Shown one piece after another: positions 1 to 10,948 of a DNA stretch of 53,492 bases; positions within the stretch are counted from its first letter, which is position 1, and each line of letters starts with the position of its first letter. The notes under the pieces are model-generated. The model saw nothing but the letters and a program-made list of their open reading frames with translations, was not told where the DNA came from and made no database searches. A program made the translations under genes and the position numbers. The stretch is from positions 1 to 53,492 of the forward strand of contig NW_024705337.1 in assembly GCF_018977255.1 (NCBI RefSeq). Reading direction: 5' to 3'. The DNA comes from Callorhinchus milii. Its lineage: Eukaryota.

Positions 1-387
1 ACAACAAGAAGGGAAATAAGTAAACATGTAGCACCCACACGCACACGCACATATGCTTTTAAAAGTATGAAGCTTGCGGTAGCCTTGAAAATGTAAACCA
101 CAAGAAAAGTAAACAATCCCTTCCTCACTGAAATCTGTCTGCTGGCCTTGATCGAAGCCAAGCTTAAATTGAGTCGTGTCAAACGATAACGGAATTCTAA
201 GCCGAATTCTCCCAGATCAGACGCATGTATGTTTAAATAATGAAAGGAAGATAGTTTGGAATATAGATCGTTTGCAGACAGGACTGGCAAGATATCACCG
301 TGCTATTATAAACATCAAGTAAGCGTAATTGAGACAGATTGCGAGTGGTAGACATAGCTGACGATGCAACAACAGTCAGATTTATTG

Positions 388-510
388 CTGAGTTTGTACG
401 TCATTTTATCGGGCCCAGAGAGATACTGGGCTGAGCCAACCTCCAACCAGGATTTGAGCTCGCAACCTTTGATCGTGAGCCGCCTGCTGTTCTGCTCAGC
501 CACCTGGCCA
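388..510 (-). mobile_element. tRNA-derived SINE fragment, family B (core GTCGACTCAGCC...GATAAAATGAGTAC-like)
   Basis: Reverse complement reads tggccaggtggctgagcag (A-box-like) ... gagctcaaatcc (B-box-like) ... gttggctcagcc ... cccgataaaatgacgtac; related to copies at 43628, 45830 and 46800. Confidence 0.55.
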
Positions 511-689
511 CATTACTCAATTCCATCCCTTTATAGAGATGATCAGTAGCGTGCACCATCTGCTTCACAGTGGGTGTTTCAAGATCCGGTGATGCCATTT
601 ACAAGCGTAAGCCGCGTGTGCCAACGTCACGCTCCACATCTCTATTATATCACTGGTCTACAATTCTTTAGACGCCGTCTGCTTCAGAG

Positions 690-1155
690 ATGAAACGTGC
701 TGTTTATTATGGATTTTTACGTGCTGAATTCAAATATGATAATAAAACAACTGATTGGCTACTGTTCACAATATATTTAAGTGTTTATTTTTTACGTCTG
801 TGTATGTTGTGTAGATCGTAGAGTTTTACTCATAAATTGTAAACGAGGTCTTTTAATGTGTTTATGGTTGCTTTACATGACAACCTATCCTGTACCTGTA
901 ACACATTAAACATCAGCAAAACGGGTAAGTTTTTTTATAACATTTATTGTATTTATTACGAGTTAAAATGTATGTTAACTTATAATCACATGCATTATTG
1001 TACACTTAATGACATTAGGTCATCCGCTATTTTTTTACAGAAATGTCGGTTAGGAACGCAACCCCAAATCCTAACATACGTCCTTGGGAAAATAGAGTTC
1101 GCTTTAAGTAATTTAGAGTTAAGCAGCATTTCCCAGGAACACATCCCTGACGTTC
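690..1155. mobile_element. Degraded DNA-transposon remnant(s), Tc1/mariner-pogo/Tigger-like
   Basis: AT-rich tract ending ggaacgcaacccc...gggaaaatagagttcgctttaag...caggaacacatccctgacgtt, reminiscent of Tigger-type termini. No intact TIR pair found. Confidence 0.35.
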
Positions 1156-1425
1156 CTGCATTACGATTTTGATAAGGTAAGTTAATGAATGTGCATTAAT
1201 ACATTTTTGTTTTAAGAAGTAATTTGTTTCTCCCGCTAGTTTTCTTTAAACGTTTCCCACGCACGGTAAATCACAATTGCGCTGTCGGAGTGACGTCATT
1301 TCCTAAGTAACTCAATCGGTGGTTTTTATCCACATCGAGGGTAGGATTTCAGAGCTGACTTTGTACAAAACTTAAGCGTGAAATAACATGTAATTAAATG
1401 TTCTTGTTGTTGTTGTTGTGTGTAC

Positions 1426-1584
1426 GTGAGGTCATTGGGTGACTACTCATCGCTCTGCTTGAAAACCCAGTTTAATAACTCGTGGCTCAAACCCAAATTC
1501 AAGCAAGCCCCTGCAGGGTTTCAGTCGTGCTGGTTCAGCGCTTTGACCCTCGAGCTTGCCTGGACCATTGCCTTTGTGCTACAT
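1426..1584 (-). pseudogene. Frameshifted exon spanning a spectrin-repeat boundary
   Basis: Fragments VAQRQWS / KLEGQSAE..RGLLEF / HELLNWVFKQSDE match the W..L....R...L....F.....L..W pattern. Confidence 0.5.
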
Positions 1585-1627
1585 CTTAATGGTCCAAGTG
1601 ATAGAAGATCAGTGTGTGTGATGTCGA

Positions 1628-2148
1628 GGCCAGCGGTAGTGTAGAGGTGGCGTACTGCGCTATGAGCCCGAACAACCAAATTCAATTTCCACTCACGCTT
1701 GACACAGTGACGATTATCTGAACCGGTCCAGGGCCTCCCTTAGTCGATAGCCTCAAATGAGTACCTGGTGCGGTGTGTAAACATCGCCACTGGAGAGACA
1801 TAAGGCGGTCGGGCGTGGTGCTGGCCACCACCCCTCTCGTGCGCCGTTCGCTAACAGTACTTGCCTCATACTCTTAGGTTTTTTCGGTATGTCACGTAGG
1901 TAAAACATACAATTGTAATTAATAAAAGTAAAATAAATAATCACGACGTTTCGGAGGCAACACAAGCTCCTGTCTTCTTGTGTTGGCTCCGAAACGTCGT
2001 GATTTTTTATTTTACTTTTATTAATTTTATGTTTTACCTACGTGACTTTACCGAAAACACATAAGAGTATGAATCCTTGCAGTCAAGAAAGCTTCAAATC
2101 TAGCACTTGCCCCAACAGTCTGTTAATAGGCAATACGGGGCATCTTTT
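1628..2148 (+). mobile_element. tRNA-derived SINE, family A, interrupted by a PLE insert at 1866-2101
   Basis: Core tgtaaacatcgccactggagagac..gggcgtggtgctggccacc..gctaacagyacttgcccc.acagtctgtt shared with copies at 9383, 10477, 46460, 51366 and 52840; the SINE resumes exactly after the insert. Confidence 0.8.
1866..2101. mobile_element. Non-autonomous Penelope-like fold-back element, family 1
   Basis: Inverted arms around ~1975; the right arm carries the terminal ...gaaagcttcaaatct tail; TSD agyacttgcc at 1856-1865 and 2102-2111 (1 mismatch); both hammerhead cores truncated. Confidence 0.85.
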
Positions 2149-2241
2149 CCTTTTTTGTCGGTGTCGTGATAGCGTTGTGGGGGGCACGTGGAACGCCACG
2201 TGCTACGCGCATTTGGCGGCGCGAACCGCGACGATCGGCGA

Positions 2242-2302
2242 GGGGGCTGGGGGGGCTGGTGGGAGGCTGGGGGGGGCTCGGGTGGGTTGGGGGGCTAGGG
2301 GG
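2242..2302 (+). repeat. G-rich low-complexity tract (G-quadruplex potential)
   Basis: Multiple G3-G8 runs separated by 1-5 nt loops. Confidence 0.6.
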
Positions 2303-2980
2303 TGGTGCTGGCTGATCGCACGCGGAGAAGCTCACGGCCTGCCACACACGGTGCGAACGCAACATCGCTACGCGTTCGAAATACTGGGGCGGGCGGGGGG
2401 GGTGGAACAACAGGCGCAGCTGACAGCGCTCCCCGGCAAAAGCGACCGAAACGAAACAAAAATCTCGCGCCGTTAATTTTACGCGGCGGCTATTTTAAAC
2501 GACGTCCGAACGCGCTGCAAAAAAAAGAAGCTTTTCATTACCCTCGAAATGAATAGCGGCGTGGAAAGACCGCCCTGGAATTAATGCGCGCTTCGCTTCG
2601 GCTTATGGCCCCAACCGCGGCGTACGGCGGAAATGCTCCGTGAATAACGACAAGCACGTGGGTCCACCAGTAAATGCGAGCATTTGCCCGCGTAACAAAT
2701 GAAAGTGTCGCGTATTTACGATTTTTTTTCGAATGCGCATTTAAACATATCCATTTACAGCTTGTTTGAGCATTACATTTTAATTGTTCATATACCACTC
2801 TCCGACTTAATGTGTAATATAAATAGTTTATGCCTCGTGCACAGACTAATGTTGTGCCGCCAAGCAACGCGCTGACTGTTCGGGGATTCTGGGCCACATC
2901 TGATCTCTGGTGCTCTGCTGTCAAGTGCGGATTTTACGAAACTATTTGGCACCGACTAGAATGGAATCAAATGGGTTCTT

Positions 2981-3417
2981 CAAAATCAACGTTTTTGGGT
3001 TTAGAACGCGTTATTTACGAATGTGTCGTAACCCTCTTCCACCGACACGGCCAATCAGTAAAAAAGTGTCACGTTGACAATAGTTCACTGCTTTAGCCCA
3101 CCGGTGTGTTGAAGCGTGAAACCACAACATTTACAATTTGAGTACGACGTTTCGCTGGTAATTGCATCCAGCATCATCGGGCAATTCGCCAGAATGCTGA
3201 GGCTCTGCTCTGTCATACTCAAATTGTAAATGTTGTGGTTTCACGCTTCAACATACCGGTGGTTAAAGCAGTGAACTATTTGTCTTTTGTCAACGTGACA
3301 CTTTTTTACTGATTGGCCGTGTTGGGTGGTGGAGGGTTACGACACATTCATAAATAACGCTATCTAAACCCAAAAACGTTGATTATGAATAATATTGGTC
3401 GCGAAAGCCTACGTGTT
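2981..3417. mobile_element. Non-autonomous Penelope-like fold-back element, family 2
   Basis: ~165-bp inverted arms (2981-~3148 vs ~3212-3388) plus a ~30-nt tail ...ggtcgcgaaagcctacgtgtt; exact 12-bp TSD aaatgggttctt at 2969-2980 and 3418-3429; hammerhead motif at the inner end of the left arm. Confidence 0.85.
3140..3187 (-). ncRNA. Minimal type I hammerhead ribozyme motif with variant core (CCGAUGA)
   Basis: Reverse complement gaattgc CCGATGA t gctgg atgcaatta ccagc GAAA cGTC gtactc; perfect 5-bp stem II; U4>C change in the core. Confidence 0.6.
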
Positions 3418-3885
3418 AAATGGGTTCTTGTCTGTGAACATCGGCCAGGTTCACCAGCATTTTCTTCAAGCGAGCCTGCCTCTGCTGCTCATGAGATGCT
3501 CAATGTTGTTAAAATATGCACTCCCAGAAGCCGTGGCAGCCGATAGGAGGCGTGAACATACATGGTGCTGTGTGTGTAGAGAGACACACGGGAAGGAAGC
3601 ACATTGTCTGCGTGTTTCTTTCTGTTATTATATTCACCGCAAACGATGCCAAGTGATTGCCACGTGCTACAAGATCATTCGGCGGTTTGTGAAACGGTGG
3701 GTTGACTCGCACGAGGAATGTTTATATGTTGAACGGTGCGTCGTCAACCGTGATAATCAAAGGTGCACTCAATTTCAACCCACTTCCCAACGTGGTATCG
3801 ACTGCAAACTTGGTATACTTATGTCATACTGATGGCAATACTATATTCTATCATAATAAATAAAAATGTAAACAATCTTTTGTAT

Positions 3886-4123
3886 TTTTAAAGCTTTCGT
3901 GACTGTAGGGATTCATATTATTGGTTCTTTCGGTAAAGTCATATAGAAGGGAGATAATAAAATAATATAATATAAAATAAAATAAATTTCTTGCTGTGGA
4001 TTTCACACCTGACATGATTGATTGTGTTGCAGTCGAAACGTCGTGATAATTTTTATTGTTTTATATTTATATTATTTTATTATCTCCCTTCTACGTGACT
4101 TTACCGAAAGAACCAAGAATATA
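3886..4123. mobile_element. Penelope-like fold-back element, family 1
   Basis: Left arm with full tail, right arm short; exact 12-bp TSD aatcttttgtat at 3874-3885 and 4124-4135; plus-strand hammerhead core damaged (ctgacatg). Confidence 0.85.
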
Positions 4124-4446
4124 AATCTTTTGTATATGTTATGTTTCGGCTTGTGTCTAATTGTCCACGCTCAACTGACGTTGGCTGTAAATCACCACGG
4201 CCCATTACGTTATGGCAAGCCTCGGGGCCGCTTCCTGGAGTCGTGGAGTTTTGCCATTACATTTCATTAAAGCGTGTTTAAAAAAGTATTTTAAAATATT
4301 TCTTTTCTCTCTGCATGCCAAACAATTCCTTGAAAAAAGCTATTGCTAAAATGACGAACACCAGTGGCTAGAGCCCTCCCGCAAAGGAGTATTGAGACTC
4401 GGTGATCCTTTCCGAACACGAGACCGTTCGTCACAGCTGTTTGGTG

Positions 4447-4933
4447 TTCTTCTTGTTCTTTCGGTAAAGTCACGTAGAAGGGAAATAATAAAATAATAAG
4501 AATTAAACAATAAAATACAATTCTCACGACGTTTCGGCCACAACGCAAGCAGCCGTCCTCAGGTGAAGAACAGATCTGTCGGAAAGACAGCGTCTGAATG
4601 AACACGCTGCTAAAATTGGCAGCGTATATTTAAGCTGGGTTAGGGAGGAAGGGCGCCTTGACAAAGGAATTTCCATATTGTCAAGGCGCCCTTTCTCCCC
4701 TAACCCAGCTTAAATATACGCTGCAAAGCCTGGTGGTGTTCATTCAGACGCTGTCTTTCTGACAGACCTGTTCTTCACCTGAGGACAGCTGCTTGCGTGT
4801 GTCCGAAACGTCGTGAGAATTGTATTTTATAATGTTTTATTTTTATTATTTTATTATTTCCCTTCTACGTGACTTTACCGAAAGAACCAAGAAGATGAAT
4901 CCCTGCAGTCACGAAAGCTTTAAATCGAAATTT
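4447..4933. mobile_element. Penelope-like fold-back element, family 1 (longest palindrome, ~220-bp arms)
   Basis: Centre gggcgccttgacaa-aggaatttccata-ttgtcaaggcgccc at ~4651-4691; exact 12-bp TSD agctgtttggtg at 4435-4446 and 4934-4945. Confidence 0.9.
4521..4570 (-). ncRNA. Minimal type I hammerhead ribozyme (intact core)
   Basis: Reverse complement ttcttcac CTGAGGA c ggctgc ttgcgtt gtggcc GAAA cGTC gtgagaa; stem I ttc(t)tcac/gtgagaa; 6-bp stem II including G-U pairs; palindromic ACGU in place of stem III. Confidence 0.8.
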
Positions 4934-5792
4934 AGCTGTTTGGTGATTACATAGAGTAGGGCATTCAGTCGAATGAAACGTGTGTGATTATACACACACA
5001 CACGCACTTATTACAATGCATGCCATGAAGAAAACACATCCACGTGAAGTATATCTTAAGCAATTTATTCAAATGAATGTAACTTAAAATACATAGCGAC
5101 TTGTGTGTTCGAGAGTTACCAATGTAACTTTTTGGCAAATTGTAGCAAACCTAAGACGAATGTTATATTCTTGTTGGTGAAGTATTGTCCGCACATTAGA
5201 TGTGAACAAAAAGCATTGTTTTCAAAGTGAACAATTAGAGAAACGTCACACCTCTAGCAACAGATGGACTTCCGATACGTGCGAATTGTTGTTTTTAGCA
5301 AAACTAGACCATGTTAACACAGCTCTACTGTATTGCCACAAGTCTCTATTCGTAAATCTTTTTTTGACAAATGCATTATTATGTCTCATTTATTACAGCA
5401 GTTTCATTACAATTGTGCTATCGGCAACGTGTAACAAACGGTGCATTCTGAATTCGCGCAGATGCGGTGCATCGCTCGGTTTGGTCTGCGGCCAAATTTA
5501 GTTTGAAGGACGACCTCCTCGGTGAGACGGCGTGCATTGGCAACACTCCTTCAGAGTTCACGGGCAGCTCACACTGCTGATATGACTAAAGCCGTCAAAC
5601 GTGCATGGCGGAACGCAACATTTTTAATCGATGATTTCAACTCGTAATGCTCCGCGCGGTATCCGCTCAATGTCGTGGAGAGAGAACGACTCTGAGGGGC
5701 GAGGAGGAACCGCAGACGAGCGGCAAGGCTGCCCAAGCTCCTCGCTCCTCTATATATTAAGGTGTTACGGGGACAATTCATGAGTGTTTACA

Positions 5793-5860
5793 TGTGGGTG
5801 GAAACCGGAGCACCCGGGAAAACCTACACGCGTGAGGGGAAACGCTCTATCCCACACAGA
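5793..5860 (-). mobile_element. V-SINE core fragment
   Basis: gtgggtggaaaccggagcacccgggaaaacctacacgcgtgaggggaaacgctctatcccacacaga resembles the antisense V-domain consensus (ggaaaccggagcacccggaggaaacccacgc...aaactccacacaga) as I recall it. Confidence 0.7.
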
Positions 5861-5937
5861 CTGGAGAGGTCGTCCACATTTGTCGGTGCACTGCCCTCTC
5901 CTCGCAAGGCAGGGTTATGACACCTCGATGTGCTAAG

Positions 5938-5968
5938 CGTGACTTTACCGAAAGAACCAAAGAGTATG
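5938..5968 (+). mobile_element. Tiny PLE family 1 pLTR fragment
   Basis: cgtgactttaccgaaagaaccaaagagtatg, identical to the family core. Confidence 0.7.
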
Positions 5969-6257
5969 GTTCACGCAGAGACAATCGTGGACTGTGACTC
6001 CCAATCTCTTGTGATGGTTGTTGTCTTGTCTCAGTTCCGATGGCGAGCAGTGTCAGGGCGATTGAATCGGCACTCACTCGTTCTCTCCAGCTACTTGTAT
6101 TGCTCTTCCATCCCTATTGCCATGGTTACTGTACCCCTGAAGTTCACTCACAGACTCCTCCAGCCGCGTTGAGGACGCGGTCTGCCAGATACTGACTGTT
6201 TTGGTCCAGTTCACGCTGTGTTCAACCGTCACACTGCGGGTCACAACGGCCCTGTCA

Positions 6258-6320
6258 GTCACCCACTCACGCATCCACCCACTCACCCACCCGCTACCCC
6301 ACTCACCCACTCGCTCACCA
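6258..6320 (+). repeat. Degenerate (CACT/CACC)n microsatellite
   Basis: cacccactcacgcatccacccactcacccacccgctaccccactcacccactcgctcacc. Confidence 0.7.
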
Positions 6321-6554
6321 CACTGCAGGACACAACGCATCTAACTTCCTCCTTCTTACCTCGCACCGACTCCACTTTGGAATTCCCCTCCCCTCGTTGA
6401 AAGAGACAATGGGGGAGTGAATTATCACCTTGGTCAATTGAAGAAACGTGTCAACTCTTGAACAAGGTGCTTTAAAAAAATGTGAACACTTACATGGGAC
6501 TATCGTTTTTAATGGAAACAGAACGGATAACACACTGTAACATGATAACAAATG

Positions 6555-6785
6555 TATGTTAACAGCTTCAAAGAGTCTTCACTTGTTCGCCATCGTTGTC
6601 AACACGTGCCTGCAATTTTCTCCAGGTGGTCTCCAGAGCCTGGAGGGGAACATTTCTTGCGTTATTGTTGCAAATCCTCGGAAGTGTTAACATTATATTG
6701 AAGCACCCTCGATATTACAACTTAAACAGTGCCGTTTGTTGCTGGCAGCTTGGCGTTCTTGCCCTTTACTTCTGTGCTCAGCAAT
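6555..6785 (-). pseudogene. Frameshifted exon encoding spectrin-repeat helix B/C
   Basis: Long pyrimidine tract ending catcaag|; frames read LLSTEVKGKNAKL ... LQALETTWRKLQARVD / RWRTSEDSLKLL, fitting the L..W..L....R...LE.sL pattern. 3' boundary uncertain. Confidence 0.55.
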
Positions 6786-7106
6786 CTTGATGAAGAAGGA
6801 GGAAAACAAAAACAACAACAACAACGTGCGGATAATTTCCACGTGCCCATCTGTGCGGAGCTTTGAGCGTTATCGCCTGCAAATGCGTGGCGCACCTCAG
6901 CGCTCTTCTTATCGCCTGGCGGCCTTCTAATCACCGGGGCGGTCACAGGTTAATCTATTACCTTCAAAGTCATTAGCGCGCACCACACAAAAGCGGTGGA
7001 CACCAACCACGTGCATTTAAAGAGGCCCCGGTTCGTTTCCCAGCGCTTGGCTTTGTGACGCGCGGCATGGCACCGGCTGGTAAGTAAAACGTAACATTGT
7101 AAGGGA

Positions 7107-7205
7107 TGATGATGATTGCTTGTGTTGCAATCGAAACGTCGTATGCTAGTATTTAATTTATCATTTTATCCTTATACATGACTTTACCGAAAGAACCAAA
7201 GAGTA
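7107..7205 (+). mobile_element. Single-arm 5'-truncated PLE family 1 insert
   Basis: Starts inside the hammerhead core (tgatga t gattgc ttgtgtt gcaatc gaaacgtc); 11-bp TSD attgtaaggga at 7096-7106 and 7206-7216. Confidence 0.8.
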
Positions 7206-7412
7206 ATTGTAAGGGAGGCTTTTCTAAGTCTTCAGGGGTAGTCCATATGTCTTATGAACCCCCCCTCCCCACATTTAATTGTCTAAAAGTAAGCTTTAAT
7301 TAAATCAGAAATGAATATGCAAAGGGTAAGAAAAAATCGGGGTCAATTAATTGAGGGTTCCAAGACATCTGGACCACCACCCCTGTAGAACTTCTTCCAC
7401 AGTCTGAACGGG

Positions 7413-7944
7413 AGGGATTCATCTTCTTGGTTCTTTCGGTAAAGTCACGTAGAAGGGAAGTAATAAAATAATAAAAAGAAAACATAATAAAATAATTCTC
7501 ACGACGTTTCGGCCACAACGCAAGCAGCCGTCCTCAGGTGAAGAACATGTCTGTCGATAAGACAGAGTCTAAATGACACGTCTTAGGCTTGGAGTGTCTA
7601 TTTAAGCTGTGAGGGAGGAGGAAGAGAGCCTTGACAAAAGAATTTGCATTTGAAGAGGGAGGGGACTATGAAGGGGCCAGGTTTGGGTTGCGGGATGGAC
7701 GTTCCACGTGTATCCCATCCGAGCTTTCTCCCAACCGTCCCATCGTTCCACGTGCAGGCCGTGAGCACGCGCTTGTTGTTCTGAAACGCCGCTCCCTTTC
7801 TCAGCAGGCCACAACGGTCCCGACGAACGTTCGGCTTCGACCAAAAGAATGTTGTCGCAACGTTGCGAGCGATGGTTTGAAATGAAACGTCTATCCCCAT
7901 CACAGGCATGCTCGTGTTTCGATTACAGCTGATTCGTCCATTCC
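7413..7944 (-). mobile_element. Longer PLE family 1 remnant: pLTR plus degraded 3' end of the ORF (GIY-YIG endonuclease C-terminus-like)
   Basis: pLTR at 7413-~7640 matches the family. Upstream minus-strand frames give DESAVIE/H...NILLVE...WDG/GRKLGWDT/WNV, resembling the Penelope SAVAEH..IL..E...NRD.G..L...W motif with frameshifts. Confidence 0.6.
7496..7545 (-). ncRNA. Minimal type I hammerhead ribozyme (intact core)
   Basis: Same sequence as 4521-4570: ttcttcac CTGAGGA c ggctgc ttgcgtt gtggcc GAAA cGTC gtgagaa. Confidence 0.8.
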
Positions 7945-7952
7945 TGTTGCGT

Positions 7953-8345
7953 CAGAGGTCGCAACCGGGTACCAGATATTCGCACCCTACACGATACCGG
8001 CCTACCCGTACCCGGCCGGTTTACGGGTACCCGTTTCCGACCCTGTTGCGGCCGGGTACGGGTACGGGTAGGCCGTGAGTCACTGGTGAGTAACTTTTTG
8101 TCACTCATTTCCAAACGTCTTGTCTCTTCTCACAATTCAAGTTCCTAGAATCAACCCACCCGCGCCTGCAACATGGCTTCATTCCAGAGGTCGCAATCAG
8201 GTACCCGATACCCGTACCCTACCCGGCCGGGTACGGGTAGGGTATGGGTACGGCCGGGTACAGCCGGGCACGGGTACGAGTACCCGTTTGCGACCCTGGT
8301 GCGGCCAGGTACGGGTAAGGAATCAAAACCCGTTTGCGACCTCTG
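7953..8345. mobile_element. hAT-superfamily MITE
   Basis: 18-bp TIR cagaggtcgcaa(c/a)cgggt (17/18 match); exact 8-bp TSD tgttgcgt at 7945-7952 and 8346-8353; many subterminal TACCCG/CGGGTA hexamers. Confidence 0.9.
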
Positions 8346-8474
8346 TGTTGCGTTGACAAAATGAAGGCAGTTGTCACCAAATGGAAGCTTTGTCCTTTGA
8401 TTAATTTTACCTGTCTTTTAACACTCGGTCAAGAGCAAAAAAACTACACTTTCCTCCTGAAGACATCTCCTAGT

Positions 8475-8709
8475 CAGTACCAGGGTTCTTAACCTGGGGT
8501 GCACGCTGCATCCCCTGGGTGTGCGAGATGCCCTTCATGGGAGTGCGAGACATGGCCAGATTTTTTATACTAGATAAATAATCGAAAACATATAAGCACA
8601 ACTACTTTGTTTCATCAAACACTATGCATTAATCACATTGTATATTTAGTTTTGTTTAAGAGTGAAAATCAAAAGGGTGCAAGGCTGCAGTAAATGTTGA
8701 GATCCACTG
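8475..8709. mobile_element. hAT/Charlie-like MITE
   Basis: Ends cagt(acca)gggttcttaacc ... gttgagatccactg; 8-bp TSD ctcc(t/a)agt at 8467-8474 and 8710-8717 (7/8 match). Confidence 0.7.
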
Positions 8710-8823
8710 CTCCAAGTGGGTAGCAGACCGCGACATTGGCATTTTCTCCGGAATATATTTCTATGCGCAAGAACACTTCCCCAGTGATCAAACTCAGCGA
8801 ATACTGGGCAACGCATCACTCAC

Positions 8824-9177
8824 TTTCAGGCGATCCTAGCCATGTTGGAGCGAGCCACTCATTAGCATTGGCTGTGCCGTGCCCTCCACCCTCCCGAGTT
8901 TCTACCGACCCCACTTCCAACAAAGTCACGCCACTCAGCTGATCACAAGTGCTCTTTTTCAGGAGGGTGCTGAATTATTCGCATGTTTGGCCAATTGCAT
9001 GGCTGAGTCATTCGCTTACAGTTTGAGATCACCCTTGACGGCTCGGTGTCATGGAAACGCTGGTGAGTTAGAGTGCATTTGAAGTGATTTCTGAACATGT
9101 AATTGGGTAGACTGTCTGAAACTGCCCTCGTGTCATACAAGTCACTTGGTCTTCCGACCCTTTCCACTCTCTCTGCT
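8824..9177 (-). pseudogene. Frameshifted exon, spectrin-repeat-like
   Basis: Acceptor catgtttcag|, donor aaa|gtgagt; fragments LHVQKSLQMH / HQRFHD / ANDSAMQLAKHANNSAPS / LKKSTCDQLSGV need several frame switches. Confidence 0.45.
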
Positions 9178-9382
9178 CTGAAACATGGTAATTTCCCGCA
9201 ACATTTGCCTAATGTGCAGTGTTTATATTATTGGGTGCTGTTATTAAATAGTTAGTGCACCAATATTTTGTACAGATTCTGCTGTGGTGCAATGGTCAGC
9301 CCACTGGGCGTGCAATCCGGAGTAACGTTAAAATCCTCGAGAGGGGCTCTGTAGAACTTCCTCTAGTGGAGGCCCTGACCCC

Positions 9383-9667
9383 AAAGACTCCCCGTATAGC
9401 CTCCACAGACTGTTGGGCAAGTGCTCTTAGCGAGCACCTATTTTGTTCAGCACAGCACACGAGGGGTGGGTGACCAACACCACGCCCGGCCACCTTTGTC
9501 TCCCAGTAGCGATGTTTACACACCACACCAGGTACTCGTTTGAGGCTGAGTCGGCTTAGGAGAGGCCCAGGACAGGTTTAGAAAACCGTCGCCGGTCTTT
9601 TCCATGAGCTGGAATCGAACTCGGTCTCGCCGGGTTTTAGAGCAAAGTGCTCAACGCTCCACTCCAC
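9383..9667 (-). mobile_element. tRNA-derived SINE, family A
   Basis: Antisense family A core; B-box-like gagttcgattcc on the minus strand near 9611-9622. Confidence 0.8.
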
Positions 9668-10476
9668 GATAACAACAACTGCTGTTCATCACTTAGTGGC
9701 GGTGACGTGAGCACGGCGCTTGTGCCTTGTTTAGGTGCACTTTGAGGTCACGTGAAGTGTCAAAAGCATGCTGGTAGGTCACGGAACAGACCCAGGTGCC
9801 ATGGATTGACTGACTGAGATAGCTGGCAGATGCATTAACTGTGCTCCCTACTGTGCCAATTCTCTATGGGCTATGGGCTAGGAGGCGACACCTATTGCCC
9901 TGTGCACTCAGAAGAATATTTTTTCATGTGAATTGAGAGGTCTTTTTGATTGGGGAGGGTGGTGGAGGGGAGGTTCGTCATTCTTTTGTAGATGGGAACC
10001 TCTTCAGTGCTCCTTTGAGCAAAGAGGGAGCGAGTCACTCTGACTTTGTCTTTGTCATCGTTCAAGGTCTCTTTTTTTTCGTTGACAATTGAGTTTATTG
10101 CTATTCTTCAAACAGGCGCTGGATGTTGTGTTGGTGCAGACGCTCGGTGCACGTGGTCCTCTGCACCGCGGTCTGACGGCACGTGCCAAGTTTGACGTGA
10201 CAAGTGCGATTTTGATTACGGAGCCTTTGACGAGGGAGACCGACCATTGCTGCCCCAAGGCACTAACATGTGCCATCTGCTGAGAGAACACAAGACGGGG
10301 AGGCCTATCATTGTGGAAGGCCCATTCGGGCGTTGTTTATATCTACACACATACACGTGTGCGTGTGCGTGAAGTTTGTACAACCGCGGTGCGCAATTGC
10401 GGTTTGTTGAAAGTGTCACTGGTAAGTGCTGGTTGATACGTTACGGTGTGTTTTTGTTTGAGTGTGGAATGGTGGG

Positions 10477-10682
10477 GGCCAACACAAGTGACGATGACCT
10501 TAACCGGTCATGGGCGTCCCTAGGTTCACTCAGCCTAAAATGAATACCTCGCGCGATGTGTAAACATCGCCACTGGGGAGACAAAGGCGATCGGGCGTGG
10601 TGCTGGCCACCCACCCCCTCGTGTAACGTGCCAGCCTTCAAAGGCGCTACTCGCTAACAGCACGTGCCCCTACAGTCTGTTG
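10477..10682 (+). mobile_element. SINE family A, 5'-truncated
   Basis: tgtgtaaacatcgccactggggagacaaaggcgatcgggcgtggtgctggccacc...gctaacagcacgtgcccctacagtctgtt. Confidence 0.8.
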
Positions 10683-10777
10683 TCACATGCCCCTGACGCT
10701 AGCCATGGTCAGGAATCAAACTCAGTTAACTGCGCTCATAGGCGAGGGGCAAACGACGTACACGTCACGCCACTTAC

Positions 10778-10948
10778 GCGCAACTCTATCTCAGCATGAA
10801 CTGCTGTGTCATATTTAGACAGCGATTCGATGTTATTCAAGTCTGGCAGCGCAATAGTCCACAATTCATCCTGAGCAGGAAAACATTCCACGCTGGCCAA
10901 CGCTTCAGTTGACTCTCTTAATAACGCCTTTAATGATCGCAATATTTT
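10778..10948 (-). CDS. Intact internal coding exon (171 nt, phase 0-0) of the spectrin-repeat gene
   Basis: Acceptor cctcgttttag| and donor cgc|gtaagt on the minus strand; open frame KILRSLKALLRESTEALASVECFPAQDELWTIALPDLNNIESLSKYDTAVHAEIELR, with a helical repeat-like pattern. Confidence 0.7.

Noticed and set aside
4022..4605. Recurrent short hydrophobic ORFs (CCSRNVVIIF..., MTLPKEP...) here and at 1753, 7300, 11735, 45015, 46706, 47002, 47410
   Set aside because: They are translations of the AT-rich PLE pLTR; frames and stops are not conserved among copies.
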